Shown here one piece after another: positions 1 through 11,349 of a DNA stretch of 64,000 bases. The notes beneath the pieces were generated by a model that was given only the letters and a program-made list of their open reading frames with translations, made no database searches and had not been told where the DNA came from. The position numbers and the translations under genes are program-made. Every line of letters begins with the position of its first letter. The first letter of the stretch is position 1. The stretch comes from an uncultured Chloroflexia bacterium (GTDB taxonomy: Bacteria > Chloroflexota > Limnocylindria > Limnocylindrales > CSP1-4). The DNA lies in the NCBI GenBank assembly GCA_963727055.1, contig CAVSEN010000002.1, positions 305,859 through 369,858 on the forward strand, in the 5' to 3' direction.

Positions 1-319
1 GACCCGGAAGCGCAGGCCGCCGACATCGGCCACATCGCCGTCGCGCAGCGGGCGGTGGTCGTAGGCCAGGCCGCGCTCCGGCCCCGATCAGCTGCTCGGC
101 GCCGGTCCCCGCGGCGAGCTCCCGGCCACCCGAGACGTAGTCGTTGTGGAGGTGGGTCTCGATCACGTGGCTGATTCGCAGCCCACGCTCGCCGGCCGCC
201 TCGAGGTAGATGTCCACGTCACGCCGGGGGTCGATCACCGCGGCCACGCCGGCCTCCTCGTCCCCGATCAGGGTCGAGAGGTGGCCCAGGCCCTCGATCT
301 GGAACTGGCGGATGAACAT
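1..319 (-). CDS. MBL-fold metallo-hydrolase (persulfide dioxygenase/rhodanese-associated type), 5' part; runs off the window edge
   Basis: Manual translation from ATG at 319: MFIRQFQIEGLGHLSTLIGDEEAGVAAVIDPRRDVDIYL...VIETHLHNDYVSG, with the THxHxD metal motif; frame appears broken near 85. Confidence 0.8.
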   Translation of the reverse strand, partial: MFIRQFQIEGLGHLSTLIGDEEAGVAAVIDPRRDVDIYLEAAGERGLRISHVIETHLHNDYVSGGRELAAGTGAEQLIGAGARPGLRPPPAARRRCGRCRRPALPG

Positions 320-326
320 CGGCCGG

Positions 327-1076
327 CTACATCATCACCAGGCCGCCGTCGACCGCGAGCACCTGGCCGGTGATGTAGGCCGCCTCGTCCGAGGCCAGGA
401 AGGCGACGGCGCTGGCGATCTCGTCGGCCGTGCCGAAGCGGCCGAGCGGCGTGGCGGCCGTGATCTGGGCGAGGAGCGCCTCGGGCAGGTCCTGGGTCAG
501 CTCGGTCAGGACGAAGCCCGGCGCCACGGCGTTGGCGGTGATCCCCCGGCTGGCCAGCTCGCGAGCCGTCGCCTTGGTCAGCCCGATCAGGCCGGCCTTG
601 GCCGACGAGTAGTTCGCCTGGCCCGTCTGGCCGGCCTGGCCGGAGACGCTGGTGATGTTGATGATCCGGCCGCCCTTCGCCTTGAGCATCGGCCGGGTGA
701 CGGCCTTCGTGGCGTAGAACGCCCCGAACAGGTTCGTCTCGAGGACCTCGCGCCAGGCCTCGAGGCTCATCCGCATGATCAGGTCGTCGTGGGTGATCCC
801 GGCGTTGTTGACCAGGATGTCGACCTTGCCGAACGCCTCCAGCGCGGCCTTGACCAGGGCCTCGGCCGAGGCCGGGTCGACCGCATCGCCCTGGACGGCG
901 ATCGCCCGCCGGCCGAGCGCCTCGACGGCCGCCACGACCTCGGCCGCGGCGGCCGCGTTGCCCCGGTAGCTGAACGCGACGTCGGCGCCCTGGCCGGCGA
1001 GGCGGAGGACGATCGCCCGGCCGATGCCGCGCGAACCCCCGGTCACCACGGCGCTCTTGCCGGACAGATCGATCAT
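327..1076 (-). CDS. fabG: 3-oxoacyl-ACP reductase
   Basis: MIDLSGKSAVVTGGSRGIG, NNAGI, YSSAK (YxxxK) and GQVLAVDGG; C-terminal part of ORF 327..2384. Confidence 0.95.
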   Translation of the reverse strand: MIDLSGKSAVVTGGSRGIGRAIVLRLAGQGADVAFSYRGNAAAAAEVVAAVEALGRRAIAVQGDAVDPASAEALVKAALEAFGKVDILVNNAGITHDDLIMRMSLEAWREVLETNLFGAFYATKAVTRPMLKAKGGRIINITSVSGQAGQTGQANYSSAKAGLIGLTKATARELASRGITANAVAPGFVLTELTQDLPEALLAQITAATPLGRFGTADEIASAVAFLASDEAAYITGQVLAVDGGLVMM

Positions 1077-1111
1077 CGGCGGACCTCCTCGGGCTCGGGC
1101 TCGCCGGCGCG

Positions 1112-2311
1112 CTAGCGCAGGGCGGGGTGGGTGGCCGGCTCGGGCTCGCCGGGGACCACGTCGGACAGGTCGAGCTGGACCGGTCCCGGCCGGGCCAGGA
1201 TCTCGGCCAGCGCGTCGGGGATCGGGTCGACCGAGTCCCAGTCGAGCGGCGGCCGGATCCGGACCGCCTCGGGCGGGATGGCTTCGCCGAGGGCGCCCCG
1301 GACGGGATCGGCAGTCCACTGGATGGCGACCGCGCCCGAGGTGAAGCCGGCCCCGAAGGCGACGATCACGATCCGGTCGCCGATCTTGATCCGGCCACTG
1401 TTGGCGGCCTCGGCCAGGGCGATCGGGATCGAGGCCGCCGACGTGTTGCCGTAGCGGTCGACGTTCACGAACATCCGGTCCATCGGCAGGTCGAGGCCCT
1501 TGGCCACCGCCTCGATGATCCGGACGTTGGCCTGGTGGGGAATGATCAGGCTGATGTCGGCGGGCTGGAGGCCGGCATGCTCGATCGCGGCGAGGGCCGT
1601 GGTCGCCAGCGTCCGGGTCGCGAAGCGGTACGTCTCGCGACCCTCCATCCGGATGTAGTGCTCGCCCCGGGCGATGGTGGCCGTCGACGGCGGGCTCTTC
1701 GAGCCGCCCGACGGCAGCCAGATCATGTAGGCGCCCTGGGGCTCGGTGGTCAGCTCGATCCCCAGCCCGCCGCCGGGCTCGTCCGATGCCGACAGGACGA
1801 CGGCCCCGGCGCCGTCGCCGAACAGGATGCAGGTGTTCCGGTCGGTGTAGTCGAGGAACCGGGTCAGCAGCTCGGCCCCGATCACCAGGACGTGGCGGGC
1901 CATCCCGCTGGTGATGTAGGCCTGGGCCGTGGCATAGCCGTAGACGAAGCCCGAGCAGGCCGCCGCGAGATCCATCGCGACGGCCTTCGTGTTGCCGATC
2001 GCCTCCTTGACCAGCGCGGCGGTGGACGGCATCCAGTAGTCGGGCGTGAGCGTGGCGAGCAGGATCAGGTCGATGTCGTCCGGCTCGATCCCGGCCACGG
2101 CGATCGCCCGCAGGGCGGCGACCGCGGCCATCGAGGCGGTCGTCTCGTGAGCGGCGGCCACGTGCCGCTCGCGGATCCCCGTCCGGCTGACGATCCACTC
2201 GTCGGAGGTGTCGACCATCCGCTCGAGGTCGGCGTTGGTCAGGACGCCGGCCGGCGCGTAGCGGCCCCAGCCGGTGAGGTGCGCGTAGCGCGGGCGCGAA
2301 TCGGCGGTCAC
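1112..2311 (-). CDS. fabH: 3-oxoacyl-ACP synthase III with C-terminal extension
   Basis: DTSDEWIVSRTGIRERH, AACSGF, FGDGAGA, PHQANVRI, GNTSAAS. Confidence 0.95.
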   Translation of the reverse strand: MTADSRPRYAHLTGWGRYAPAGVLTNADLERMVDTSDEWIVSRTGIRERHVAAAHETTASMAAVAALRAIAVAGIEPDDIDLILLATLTPDYWMPSTAALVKEAIGNTKAVAMDLAAACSGFVYGYATAQAYITSGMARHVLVIGAELLTRFLDYTDRNTCILFGDGAGAVVLSASDEPGGGLGIELTTEPQGAYMIWLPSGGSKSPPSTATIARGEHYIRMEGRETYRFATRTLATTALAAIEHAGLQPADISLIIPHQANVRIIEAVAKGLDLPMDRMFVNVDRYGNTSAASIPIALAEAANSGRIKIGDRIVIVAFGAGFTSGAVAIQWTADPVRGALGEAIPPEAVRIRPPLDWDSVDPIPDALAEILARPGPVQLDLSDVVPGEPEPATHPALR

Positions 2312-2874
2312 AGCGGCTCCACCTCGATGAGCGGCTGCCGGGCCTTGACCAGCTGGCCGCTCTCGGCGACCACCCGGACGACACGGCCGGCCAGGTCGGA
2401 CTTGATCTCGTTGAACAGCTTCATCGCCTCGATCAGGCCGATCACCTGGCCGACCGCGACCTCGCCCCCGACCTGGACGTAGTTGGCCGAGCCGGGGGCC
2501 GGCGAGGCATAGAAGATCCCGGTCAGGGGGGCCTTGACCGACGGCCGGGCCGCCTCGGTCGGCGCTGCCGGTCCGCCCGCCCCCGGGCCAGGGCCGACCG
2601 GTACGGCCACCCCGCCCTGGCCCGGCTCGGCCGGGGCGGGTCGGATGGCGGCCGCCTTGCGCAGGATCAGGCCGGTCTCGCCGGCCTCGACCTCGAGCTC
2701 GGTCAGCTCGCTCCGCTCGAGCAGGACGGCCAGCCGGTCGACGAGGTCGAGCAGCGACCGGTCGGCCTCGCCCAGGTCGGGCACGACCGACAGCGTCCCG
2801 TCGGGCGCAGCCGGCAGGGCGACGGGCGCGACCGCGTCGGCGGCGGGCAGGTCGGGAGCGTGCTCGTCGGTCAT
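2308..2874 (-). CDS. accB: Acetyl-CoA carboxylase biotin carboxyl carrier protein
   Basis: MTDEHAPDL... start; Pro/Ala linker; intact biotinylation motif IEAMKLFNEI. Confidence 0.92.
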   Translation of the reverse strand: MTDEHAPDLPAADAVAPVALPAAPDGTLSVVPDLGEADRSLLDLVDRLAVLLERSELTELEVEAGETGLILRKAAAIRPAPAEPGQGGVAVPVGPGPGAGGPAAPTEAARPSVKAPLTGIFYASPAPGSANYVQVGGEVAVGQVIGLIEAMKLFNEIKSDLAGRVVRVVAESGQLVKARQPLIEVEPL

Positions 2875-4133
2875 CCGTCGAACCGGCTGAAGATCAGGGC
2901 GCTGTTCTGGCCGCCGAACCCGAACGAGTTGCTGAGGGCAGTCCGGACCTCGCGCCGGCTGGCGACGAGCGGCGTCAGGTCGAGGCCCTGGGCGAGCTCG
3001 TCGGGGCAGGTCAGGTTGATCGTCGGCGGGATGATCCCGGTCCGGATCGACTGGATCGTCGACGATCGCCTCGATCGCGCCGGCCGCTCCGAGGGTATGG
3101 CCGACCATCGACTTGTTGGCGGTGATCGCGACCTCCGGCGCCCGGTCGCCGAAGATCGTCCGGATCGCCATCAGCTCGGCCTTGTCGCCTTCCGGCGTCG
3201 ACGTCGCGTGGGCGTTCAGGTGGTCGATCGCCTCGGCGCCCAGGCCGGCCTTGTCGAGCGCCCGGCGAGCCGCCCGGACCGCTCCGCTGCCGCCCGGCGC
3301 GGGCAGGGTGATGTGCGACGCGTCGGCCGTGGCGCCGTAGCCGATCAGCTCGGCCAGGGGCTCGGCGCCACGGGCCAGGGCATGCTCGAGCTCCTCGAGG
3401 ACGATCATCCCGCAGCCCTCGCCGATGACGAAGCCGTCGCGGGCCGCGTCGAACGGGCGCGAGGCGCCGGCCGGGTCATCGTTGCGGGTCGACAGCGCCC
3501 GCATCGCGCAGAAGCCGGCGACGAGCGCCTCGTGGATGCCGGCCTCCGAGCCGCCGGCGAGCATCACCTCGGCATCGCCGCGGCGGATCATCTCCCACGA
3601 TTCGCCGATGGCATGACCGCCGGTGGCACACGCCGACACGATCGCGAAGTTCGGGCCGAGCGCTCCGAACGTGATCGACGAGCTGCCCGGCGCCCACGTT
3701 GGGGATCGCCATCGGGACGAAGAACGGGCTGATCCGATCGGGTCCGCGGGTGGCGTTGATCGTGATCTGCTCGCACAGCGTGTTCACGCCGCCCAGCCCG
3801 GTGCCCATGATGACCCCGGTCGCCTCGGCCAGGCCGCCCTCCAGGCGGCCGGGCAGGCCCGCCGAATCGAGCGCTTCGCGGCCGGCCACGAGACCGAACT
3901 GGGTGTAGCGGTCGGACCGCCGCAGCTCCTTCCGGTCGAGGACGTGGCTGGCGTCGAAGTCGACCACCGTTGCGGCGATCTTCGAGTCGACCCGGGCAGG
4001 GTCGAACGAGTCGATCGTGCGCACCCCGGAGCGGCCCGCGATCAGGCTCGACCAGGTCGCCTCGACCTCGATTCCGACGCGCCGACACGACGCCCATCCC
4101 GGTCACGACGACCCGCCGCTCGGAACGGCTCAA
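2871..4133 (-). CDS. fabF: 3-oxoacyl-ACP synthase II, split by about 3 frameshifts (probably sequencing errors)
   Basis: RRVVVTGMGVVS, DRISPFFVPM, SACATG, NAHATSTP, KSMVGHTLGAAG and NSFGFGGQN lie in different frames; breaks near 4075, 3685 and 3060. Confidence 0.9.
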
Positions 4134-4873
4134 CGGACGAGCTTCCCGTTCCGGACCGTCGCCGCCCGGTAGACATCGCCGGGCAGGCCGCGCGCGGAGA
4201 GCGCGTTGCTCACGGCCAGGGTGTCGAATTCGGTCCGCCGGATCTCGCCACCGACCACGTCGCCGTCGACGGTCACGATCGCCCACGAGGCGGTCGGCTC
4301 GCCGTCGAAGACGTAGCCGGCGCTGCCGTCGTTGACGATCAGCTTCCAGCCGAGGTCGCGGACCTCGGGCAGGTGGGTGTGGCCGCAGCAGATCACCCGG
4401 GCGTCGGTCCGCGAGGCGCGCTCGATCGACACGTTCGGATCGAGGCTGGCGTCGAAGCCGTCGGTCTGCGAGCCGGGCGAGGCGTGGGTCGCCAGGAGGA
4501 GCTGCTGGCCCACCCGCAGCCGTCGCTCGGCCGGCAGGCGCCGGAGCCAGTCGATCCGGGCGTCGCCAAGCTCGTCGTGGGCCCACTCGGCCGCCGCCCG
4601 GATCGATTCCGGGACGCCGTCCATCAGCGACGGGAAGGCGGCGGAGTAGTCGAAGTCGGCCACGGCGATGTCGGTGTTGCCGGCCACGACCAGGGCCCCG
4701 TCGGCCTCCAGCTCGCGGATCGCGTCGACCACGCCGGCCGGATCGGGCCCGTTGAGGACCAGGTCGCCGCAGATCATCAGCCCGTCCGGGCGCTCCTTGC
4801 GGATCGCGGCGCGGACGGCCTCGAGGGCCACGAGGTTGCCGTGGACGTCGCTCAGGACGGCGATCCGGGCCAT
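4130..4873 (-). CDS. Metallophosphoesterase (calcineurin-like, YfcE/MJ0912 type)
   Basis: SDVHGN, GDLV, GNTD, HASP and GHTH motifs. Confidence 0.9.
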   Translation of the reverse strand: MARIAVLSDVHGNLVALEAVRAAIRKERPDGLMICGDLVLNGPDPAGVVDAIRELEADGALVVAGNTDIAVADFDYSAAFPSLMDGVPESIRAAAEWAHDELGDARIDWLRRLPAERRLRVGQQLLLATHASPGSQTDGFDASLDPNVSIERASRTDARVICCGHTHLPEVRDLGWKLIVNDGSAGYVFDGEPTASWAIVTVDGDVVGGEIRRTEFDTLAVSNALSARGLPGDVYRAATVRNGKLVR

Positions 4874-5355
4874 CAGCGGAGCACCGATGCGTCCGGGATG
4901 ATGAAGCTCAGCGTCGCCTCGCAGGCGACCTCGCCATCGACGCTGGCGATCCCCAGGCCGCGTCCGAAGCGCCGGCCGAGCTTGTCCATCGTGACCTCGA
5001 GGCGGAGCGTGTCGCCGGGCGCCACGACCCGCTTGAAGCGGCATTCGTCGATCCCGCCGAACAGCCCGATCCGGTCGCCGAAGCCGGGCTGCTTGGCGAC
5101 GAAGACGGCCATCGTCTGGGCCAGGGCCTCGACCTGGATCACCCCGGGCATGACCGGCAGGCCCGGGAAGTGGCCCTGGAAGAACCACTCCGTCGCGGTC
5201 ACGGCCTTGATCCCCACGATCCGCCGGGCGGCCTCGTCGTACTCCACGATCCGGTCAACGAGCAGGAACGGCCAGCGATGCGGGATCAGCCCCTCGATCT
5301 CGCGGGTCGTATGGACGATGGCGGGCGGGGCGTCGGTCACGGGCAGCTCCATCAC
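4873..5355 (-). CDS. fabZ: 3-hydroxyacyl-ACP dehydratase
   Basis: IPHRWPFLLVDRI, FFQGHFPGLPVMPGVIQVEALAQ. Confidence 0.95.
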   Translation of the reverse strand: MMELPVTDAPPAIVHTTREIEGLIPHRWPFLLVDRIVEYDEAARRIVGIKAVTATEWFFQGHFPGLPVMPGVIQVEALAQTMAVFVAKQPGFGDRIGLFGGIDECRFKRVVAPGDTLRLEVTMDKLGRRFGRGLGIASVDGEVACEATLSFIIPDASVLR

Positions 5356-5426
5356 GGTATCTGGCGGCAGTGTGCCGGTCCGGCCTCGGGCCGTGCGGCG
5401 GATTCAATGCAGGTCTGCAACGCGGG

Positions 5427-6793
5427 CTAGCGAGCCGCGGCGGCCAGGAAGGCGGCCGAACCGACCCGGTCGACAGGTTCGTGGTCATCTCGCCGGCCAG
5501 GAAGGTCTCGTTGCGCAGGAGCGCCTGGTGGATCGCGACATTGGTCACCAGGCCCTCGACGACGAGCTCGTCCAGGGCGGCCAGCGAGCGGGCGATCGCC
5601 GCCGGCCGGTCCTGGCCCCAGACGATCAGCTTGCCCAGGAGCGAGTCGTAGAAGGGCGGCACGTCGTAGCCCGTGTAGAGATGGCTGTCCATCCGGACAC
5701 CGGGGCCGCCGGGGGCGAGGTAGCGCTCGACCACGCCGCTGCCCGGCCGGAAGTCGTGCTCGGGGTCCTCGGCGTTGATCCGGAACTCGAGGGCGTGGCC
5801 GCGCAGCTCGACGTCGGCCTGGCTGAAGCCGAGCGGCTCGCCGGCCGCGATCCGGATCTGGGTGGCGACCATGTCGATCCCGGTCAGCATCTCGGTCACC
5901 GGGTGCTCGACCTGGATCCGGCAGTTGATCTCGATGAAGTAGGCCTTGCCGCTCGGGTCGACCAGGAACTCCAGGGTGCCCACGTTCTCGTAGCCGGCGG
6001 CCACCACCGCCCGGATCGCGTGCTCGGCCAGGTCGGCCCGGGCTGCCGCGTTGAGCGACGGCGCGGGCGCTTCCTCGAGGAACTTCTGGTGCCGGCGCTG
6101 GACGGAGCAGTCGCGCTCGCCGAGGTGGACCCCATGGCCGAAGCGGTCGACGGCGACCTGGACCTCGACGTGGCGGTTGTCCTCGAGCCACTTCTCGAGG
6201 TACAGGGAGTCGTCGCCGAAGGCCGCCCGGGCCTCCGATCGGCAGATCTTGAGGGCCGCCTCGAGCTCGCGCGGCGTGCGGACCATCCGCATCCCCTTGC
6301 CGCCCCCACCGGCCGATGGCTTGATCAGGACGGGATAGCCGATCCGCTCGGCCTCCTCGAGCGCGTGCAGGTCGTCGCGGAGCATCCCGTTCGAGCCCGG
6401 GATCGTCGCCAGACCGTGCGATCCGAGCAGGTGGCGGGTCGCCTCCTTGCTGGCAAAGCGCTCGAGGACCTGGGGCGGCGGGCCGATGAACGTCAGGCCA
6501 TGGGCGCCGACGACCTCGGCGAAGCCCTCGTCCTCGGACAGGAAGCCGTAGCCCGGGTGGATCGCGTCGCAGCCGGCCACGATCGCGGCGCTGATCATCG
6601 CCGGCGCTGACAGGTAGCTCCGCTTGGCGTCCGCCGGGCCGATGCAGATCGCCTCGTCGGCCAGCTGGACGGCCAGGCTGTCGCGATCGGCCTCGCTGTA
6701 GGCCACGACCGCCTCGACCCCGAGGGTCCGGCAGGCGCGCAGGATCCGGACCGCGATCTCGCCCCGGTTGGCGATCAGGATCTTGGCGAACAT
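5427..6793 (-). CDS. accC: Acetyl-CoA carboxylase biotin carboxylase (frameshift near 5475; true stop probably 5427)
   Basis: KILIANRGEIA, HPGYGFLSE, GGGGKGM, ERDCSVQRRHQK, RIQVEHPVTE, YDSLLGKLI. Confidence 0.95.
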
Positions 6794-7317
6794 CAGGCCT
6801 CCCGTCCGGAGCGCTCGGCAGGCGCCGCGATCAGCTCGATCCAGACGAGCTCCTGGCCGTACTCGACCGCGTCGCCGTTCTCGACCATGCCGGCCCCGAC
6901 GATGCCGTTGACCGGGGCGACCACCTCCTGGGCGATGCCCAGCACGTCGACGCTGGCGATCCGATCGCCGGCCCGGACCCGCGAGCCGGAGGCGATCCCC
7001 GGGCGGGGATGGTAGATCCCCACCCCGGGCGAGGTCGCCGCCTCCCGGTACGGATCGGGGGCCGCCTCGGCCGCCGGGGGGTGGGCGTGCTCGACGTGGC
7101 CGGCAGCCGGCCGGGCGCTGCGGGCCGCACCCCGGGCACCTCCCGGGCCGGCCTCCGCCGGCCGGCGGAGGCGAACCTTCCAGCTCCCCTCGCGGACCTC
7201 GATCTCGGCCAGGCCCGTCGCGCCGAGCTTGGCGATCAGCGCCGGCAGGAGCTCATCGGCCAGTCCCTCGATCTGGGCGTGGTCGGCGAGCCGGGCCGCA
7301 TCATCGCGCTCGGGCAC
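6793..7317 (-). CDS. BCCP-like (biotinyl/lipoyl fold) protein lacking the biotin-accepting lysine
   Basis: AccB architecture (LAEIEVREGSWKVRLRR, linker, SPGVGIY, GDAVEYGQELV), but EAMK is replaced by DVLG. Confidence 0.85.
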   Translation of the reverse strand: MPERDDAARLADHAQIEGLADELLPALIAKLGATGLAEIEVREGSWKVRLRRPAEAGPGGARGAARSARPAAGHVEHAHPPAAEAAPDPYREAATSPGVGIYHPRPGIASGSRVRAGDRIASVDVLGIAQEVVAPVNGIVGAGMVENGDAVEYGQELVWIELIAAPAERSGREA

Positions 7318-7320
7318 GGA

Positions 7321-8335
7321 TCAAACCTCCTCGCGAGCCGGCGGCTCGTCGTGCGTGCGGGTGACTGGTTGCCCGGCGCCGTTGGTGGCCCGCGGCGATC
7401 CCCCCAGCAGGTTGCGCAGCCGGTCGGTGAATCCAGGTCGCTCGGGGATCACGACCGGCTCGACCTCGAGCGTGGTGAATGCACCGAGACCACGATAGCG
7501 GCGATACCGGGCGTCGATCAGCTGATCGAGCGGCTGCCGCTCGAGAGCGGCCAGGTGGCGCAGGACGGCGGCCTTGACCACGGCGGCCGTGGCGTGATGA
7601 TCGGTGTGCGCTCCACCGCGGGGCTCCTCGAGGACCTCGTCGACGACGCCCAGCTCGAGCTGGTCGGCCGCCGTCATCCGCATCGCGAGCGCGGCGGCCG
7701 GCGCCTGGTCGGGCGTCCGCCACAGGATCGAGGCGCAGCCCTCGGGGCTGATCACCGAGTAGACCGCATTCTCGAGGGCGAGGACGACGTCGCCGACGGC
7801 GATCGCCAGGGCTCCGCCCGAGCCGCCCTCGCCGGTGATCACGGTCACGATCGGGGTCCGCAGGCGGCTCATCAGGGCGATCGACCTGGCGATCGCCTCG
7901 GCAATCCCGCGCTCCTCCGACTCGGCGCCGGGATGGGCGCCCGGGACGTCGACGAAGGTCACGATCGGCAGGCCGAGGCGCTCGCCGAGCTCCATCACCC
8001 GCATCGCCTTGCGGTAGCCCTCGGGGTGGGGCATCCCGAAGTTGCGCCGGATGTTCTCGTCGGTCTCGGCGCCCTTCTGCTGGCCGACGACGACGACCCG
8101 CTGCCCGTCGATCCGGGCAAGGCCGGCGACGATCGCCGGGTCGTCGCCGAAGAACCGGTCGCCGTGGAGCTCGACGAAATCCTCGGCAATCAGGCCCAGC
8201 AGCTCGAGCGTCCGCGGCCGATGGAGGTTGCGGGCCAGCTGGACCCGGGCCCAGACGGCGGCCGTCGGATCAGCCGGCGAGGCCTCGGGCCCGGCCTCGG
8301 CCGTCCCGCGCCGGCCGGCCCGGGCGATCAGCCGG

Positions 8336-8343
<8 letters not shown>
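7321..8343 (-). CDS. accA: Acetyl-CoA carboxylase carboxyltransferase alpha
   Basis: ELHGDR, RNFGMPHPEGYRKA, GEGGSGGALA, YSVISPEGCASILW. Confidence 0.96.
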
Positions 8344-9280
<937 letters not shown>

Positions 9281-9281
<1 letters not shown>

Positions 9282-9815
9282 CAGGCCAGCCCGCCCTGTT
9301 CTCCCGGTCGACCGTGGGCCGCCCGGATGGCACGGACCATCGGGTCGACCGGTCGGCTCAGGCGCCAGGCGACGAAGACGGCGCCGGCCAGCGAGATGGC
9401 CGCCGAGGTCAGCGCACCGCCGATCAGCAGCGGCCGGGTCCGCGACGGGAACGGATCGTCGTCGTCGACGACCGGATGGGCCGGATCGAGGAGGTCGGAC
9501 GGTTCGAAGGCGGGCTCGATGACCACCCCGATCGGGCTGGGCGCGGGCGCGCCGGCGCCGGCCGTGGCCGACAGGCGCAGGCTGCCGGCGAGCTCATCCA
9601 GGCGCCGGGCAAGGCGCTCCTCGAACCGGAAGGACGGGTGGACCCGGGTCAGGCCGGCCGACAGGCGCTCGGCCGTCACCCGCAGGTCGGGATCGAGGCC
9701 GGCGTCGTACAGGGGCCGCGTCACCGCGCTCACGTGCCAGCAGGATCGATTCGAGGTAGCGATCGATCCGCAGGGCTTCGACCTCGGGCTCGTCGCGCCG
9801 GGGTTCGCTGGTCAC
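9281..9815 (-). CDS. Membrane-anchored hypothetical protein, probable anti-sigma factor (frameshift near 9735)
   Basis: Coupled directly downstream of the ECF sigma; PSFRFEERL segment and a single C-terminal TM helix (LLIGGALTSAAISLAGAVFVAW). Confidence 0.55.
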
Positions 9816-10433
9816 CAGCGCCGGCCGCCCAGGTCACGGGCCACGGCCCGCAGGCCCCGGTGGATCAGGACCCGGACCGCACCCTCGGAGCGCCCCAGGA
9901 TGCCGGCGATCTCGGCCGTCGACATCTCCTCGACGAAGCGCAGGACGAGCGCCCGGCGGCGCTCGGCCGGCAGGCGGGCGACCGCCGCCCAGGCCGCCGC
10001 CACCCTCGTGCCGGTCGGTCACCTGGCGCTCGATGTCGACGGCATCGGCGACGGTGGCCGCCGCCTCGAGCGGTTCGACCGGATGGCGCCGCCGTCCACG
10101 CCGGATGTTGGCCACGACGTTGCGAGCGATCCGGAACAGCCAGACCCGGAAGGTCGAGGCCCCGTCACCGTCGGCCGGCCGGGCCCGCTCCTCGAATCGG
10201 GGCAGGGCGCTGAGAGCGAGCAGGAACGTCCGCTCCGCCGCGTCTTCCGCGTCGTGGTGGTTGCCGAGCTCGTAGAAAGCGTAGCTGTACACCTGGGCCA
10301 GGTACTTCCGATAGAGGGCGTCGAACGCCGTGGGGTCGCGCAGGGCGGCCTCGACGAGCGCTCGATCGCGGTCGAGATGGACGAGACGGCGATCCTCCTC
10401 CGCCTCCACTCTGCTGAACACCGGCCGGGCCAT
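9812..10433 (-). CDS. ECF-type sigma-70 factor (frameshift near 10005)
   Basis: DAEDAAERTF and FRVWLFRIARN (region 2); LPAERRRALVLRF..EIAGILGRSEGAVRVLIHRGL (region 4). Confidence 0.9.
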
Positions 10434-10437
10434 CCTG

Positions 10438-11349
10438 TTACACCCGCACGACGGGCGAGACGGGCGCCGGCAGGCGCAGGTGGTGGATCTCGCCGACCAG
10501 GATCATCCGCTCGCCGCCCGGCGCGGCCGGATCCTCGATCACCAGCCCACCCGAATGGACGTCGACGCCCAGGGCGCGCGTCTCGGTCGCCTGTCCGTCG
10601 GGCAGCTCGAGGCGGACCGGGCGGCCGTTCGTCAGCTGGCGGTCGACCCAGTCGGCCACGTCGAAGTGACCAGCCCGCAGGCCCGCGATGCGCGTCTCCA
10701 GCCGGTCGATGAACGCAGCGAAGAGGGCCGGCAGGTCGACCGGCCGCCCGTTCGAGGCGACCAGCAGGCTGGTCATCGAGCCGGCCAGCTCGGGCGGGAA
10801 GTCGGCGGCGGCCCAGTCGGCGTTCAGGCCGAGGCCGACGATCACCCGCGGGTCGGCCGTCCCCAGCCCGCTCGTCTCGCCCAGCACGCCGCCCAGCTTG
10901 CGGACCTCGAGCGGAGCGGCGATCAGCCGCTCGGCCTCGGCACCACTGGCGTTCGCCAGCCGGGCCCCGCCGACGCCGGTCGTCTCGACGACCAGGTCGT
11001 TGGGCCACTTCAGTCGGATCGAGCGGTCGGGCAGGCCGCCGACCTCCTCGGCCGCATCGGCCATCGCCAGCGAGACGATCGCGGCGAGGCGCCAGGCCCG
11101 GTCGGGGGCGAGCCAGGTCGGTCGAAAGCCGATCGAGCACAGCAGCCCGGCCCCGGGCGGGGCCAGCCAGGTCCGTCCAGCCCGGCCGCGCCCGGCGGTC
11201 TGCTCGTCGGCAACGGCCAGGCAGACCTCGGGCGTCCCCTCGGCCAGCCAGGCCCGGACGACGTCGTTCGTCGACGCCACGCGCTCGAAGCGCTCCTGGC
11301 GGCTGACGAACGGCCGGTCCTCGACGGGCGTCGGCCCGAGCTCGCTCAA
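10438..11349 (-). CDS. birA: Biotin--acetyl-CoA-carboxylase ligase (no N-terminal HTH seen)
   Basis: STND, QTAGRGRAGRTW, KWPNDL, KLGGVL, GLGLN. Confidence 0.92.
   Translation of the reverse strand: MSELGPTPVEDRPFVSRQERFERVASTNDVVRAWLAEGTPEVCLAVADEQTAGRGRAGRTWLAPPGAGLLCSIGFRPTWLAPDRAWRLAAIVSLAMADAAEEVGGLPDRSIRLKWPNDLVVETTGVGGARLANASGAEAERLIAAPLEVRKLGGVLGETSGLGTADPRVIVGLGLNADWAAADFPPELAGSMTSLLVASNGRPVDLPALFAAFIDRLETRIAGLRAGHFDVADWVDRQLTNGRPVRLELPDGQATETRALGVDVHSGGLVIEDPAAPGGERMILVGEIHHLRLPAPVSPVVRV

Noticed and set aside
2308-3639. FabF-BCCP fusion
   Set aside because: Created by the frameshift at ~3060; fabF ends at 2871 and accB has its own ATG
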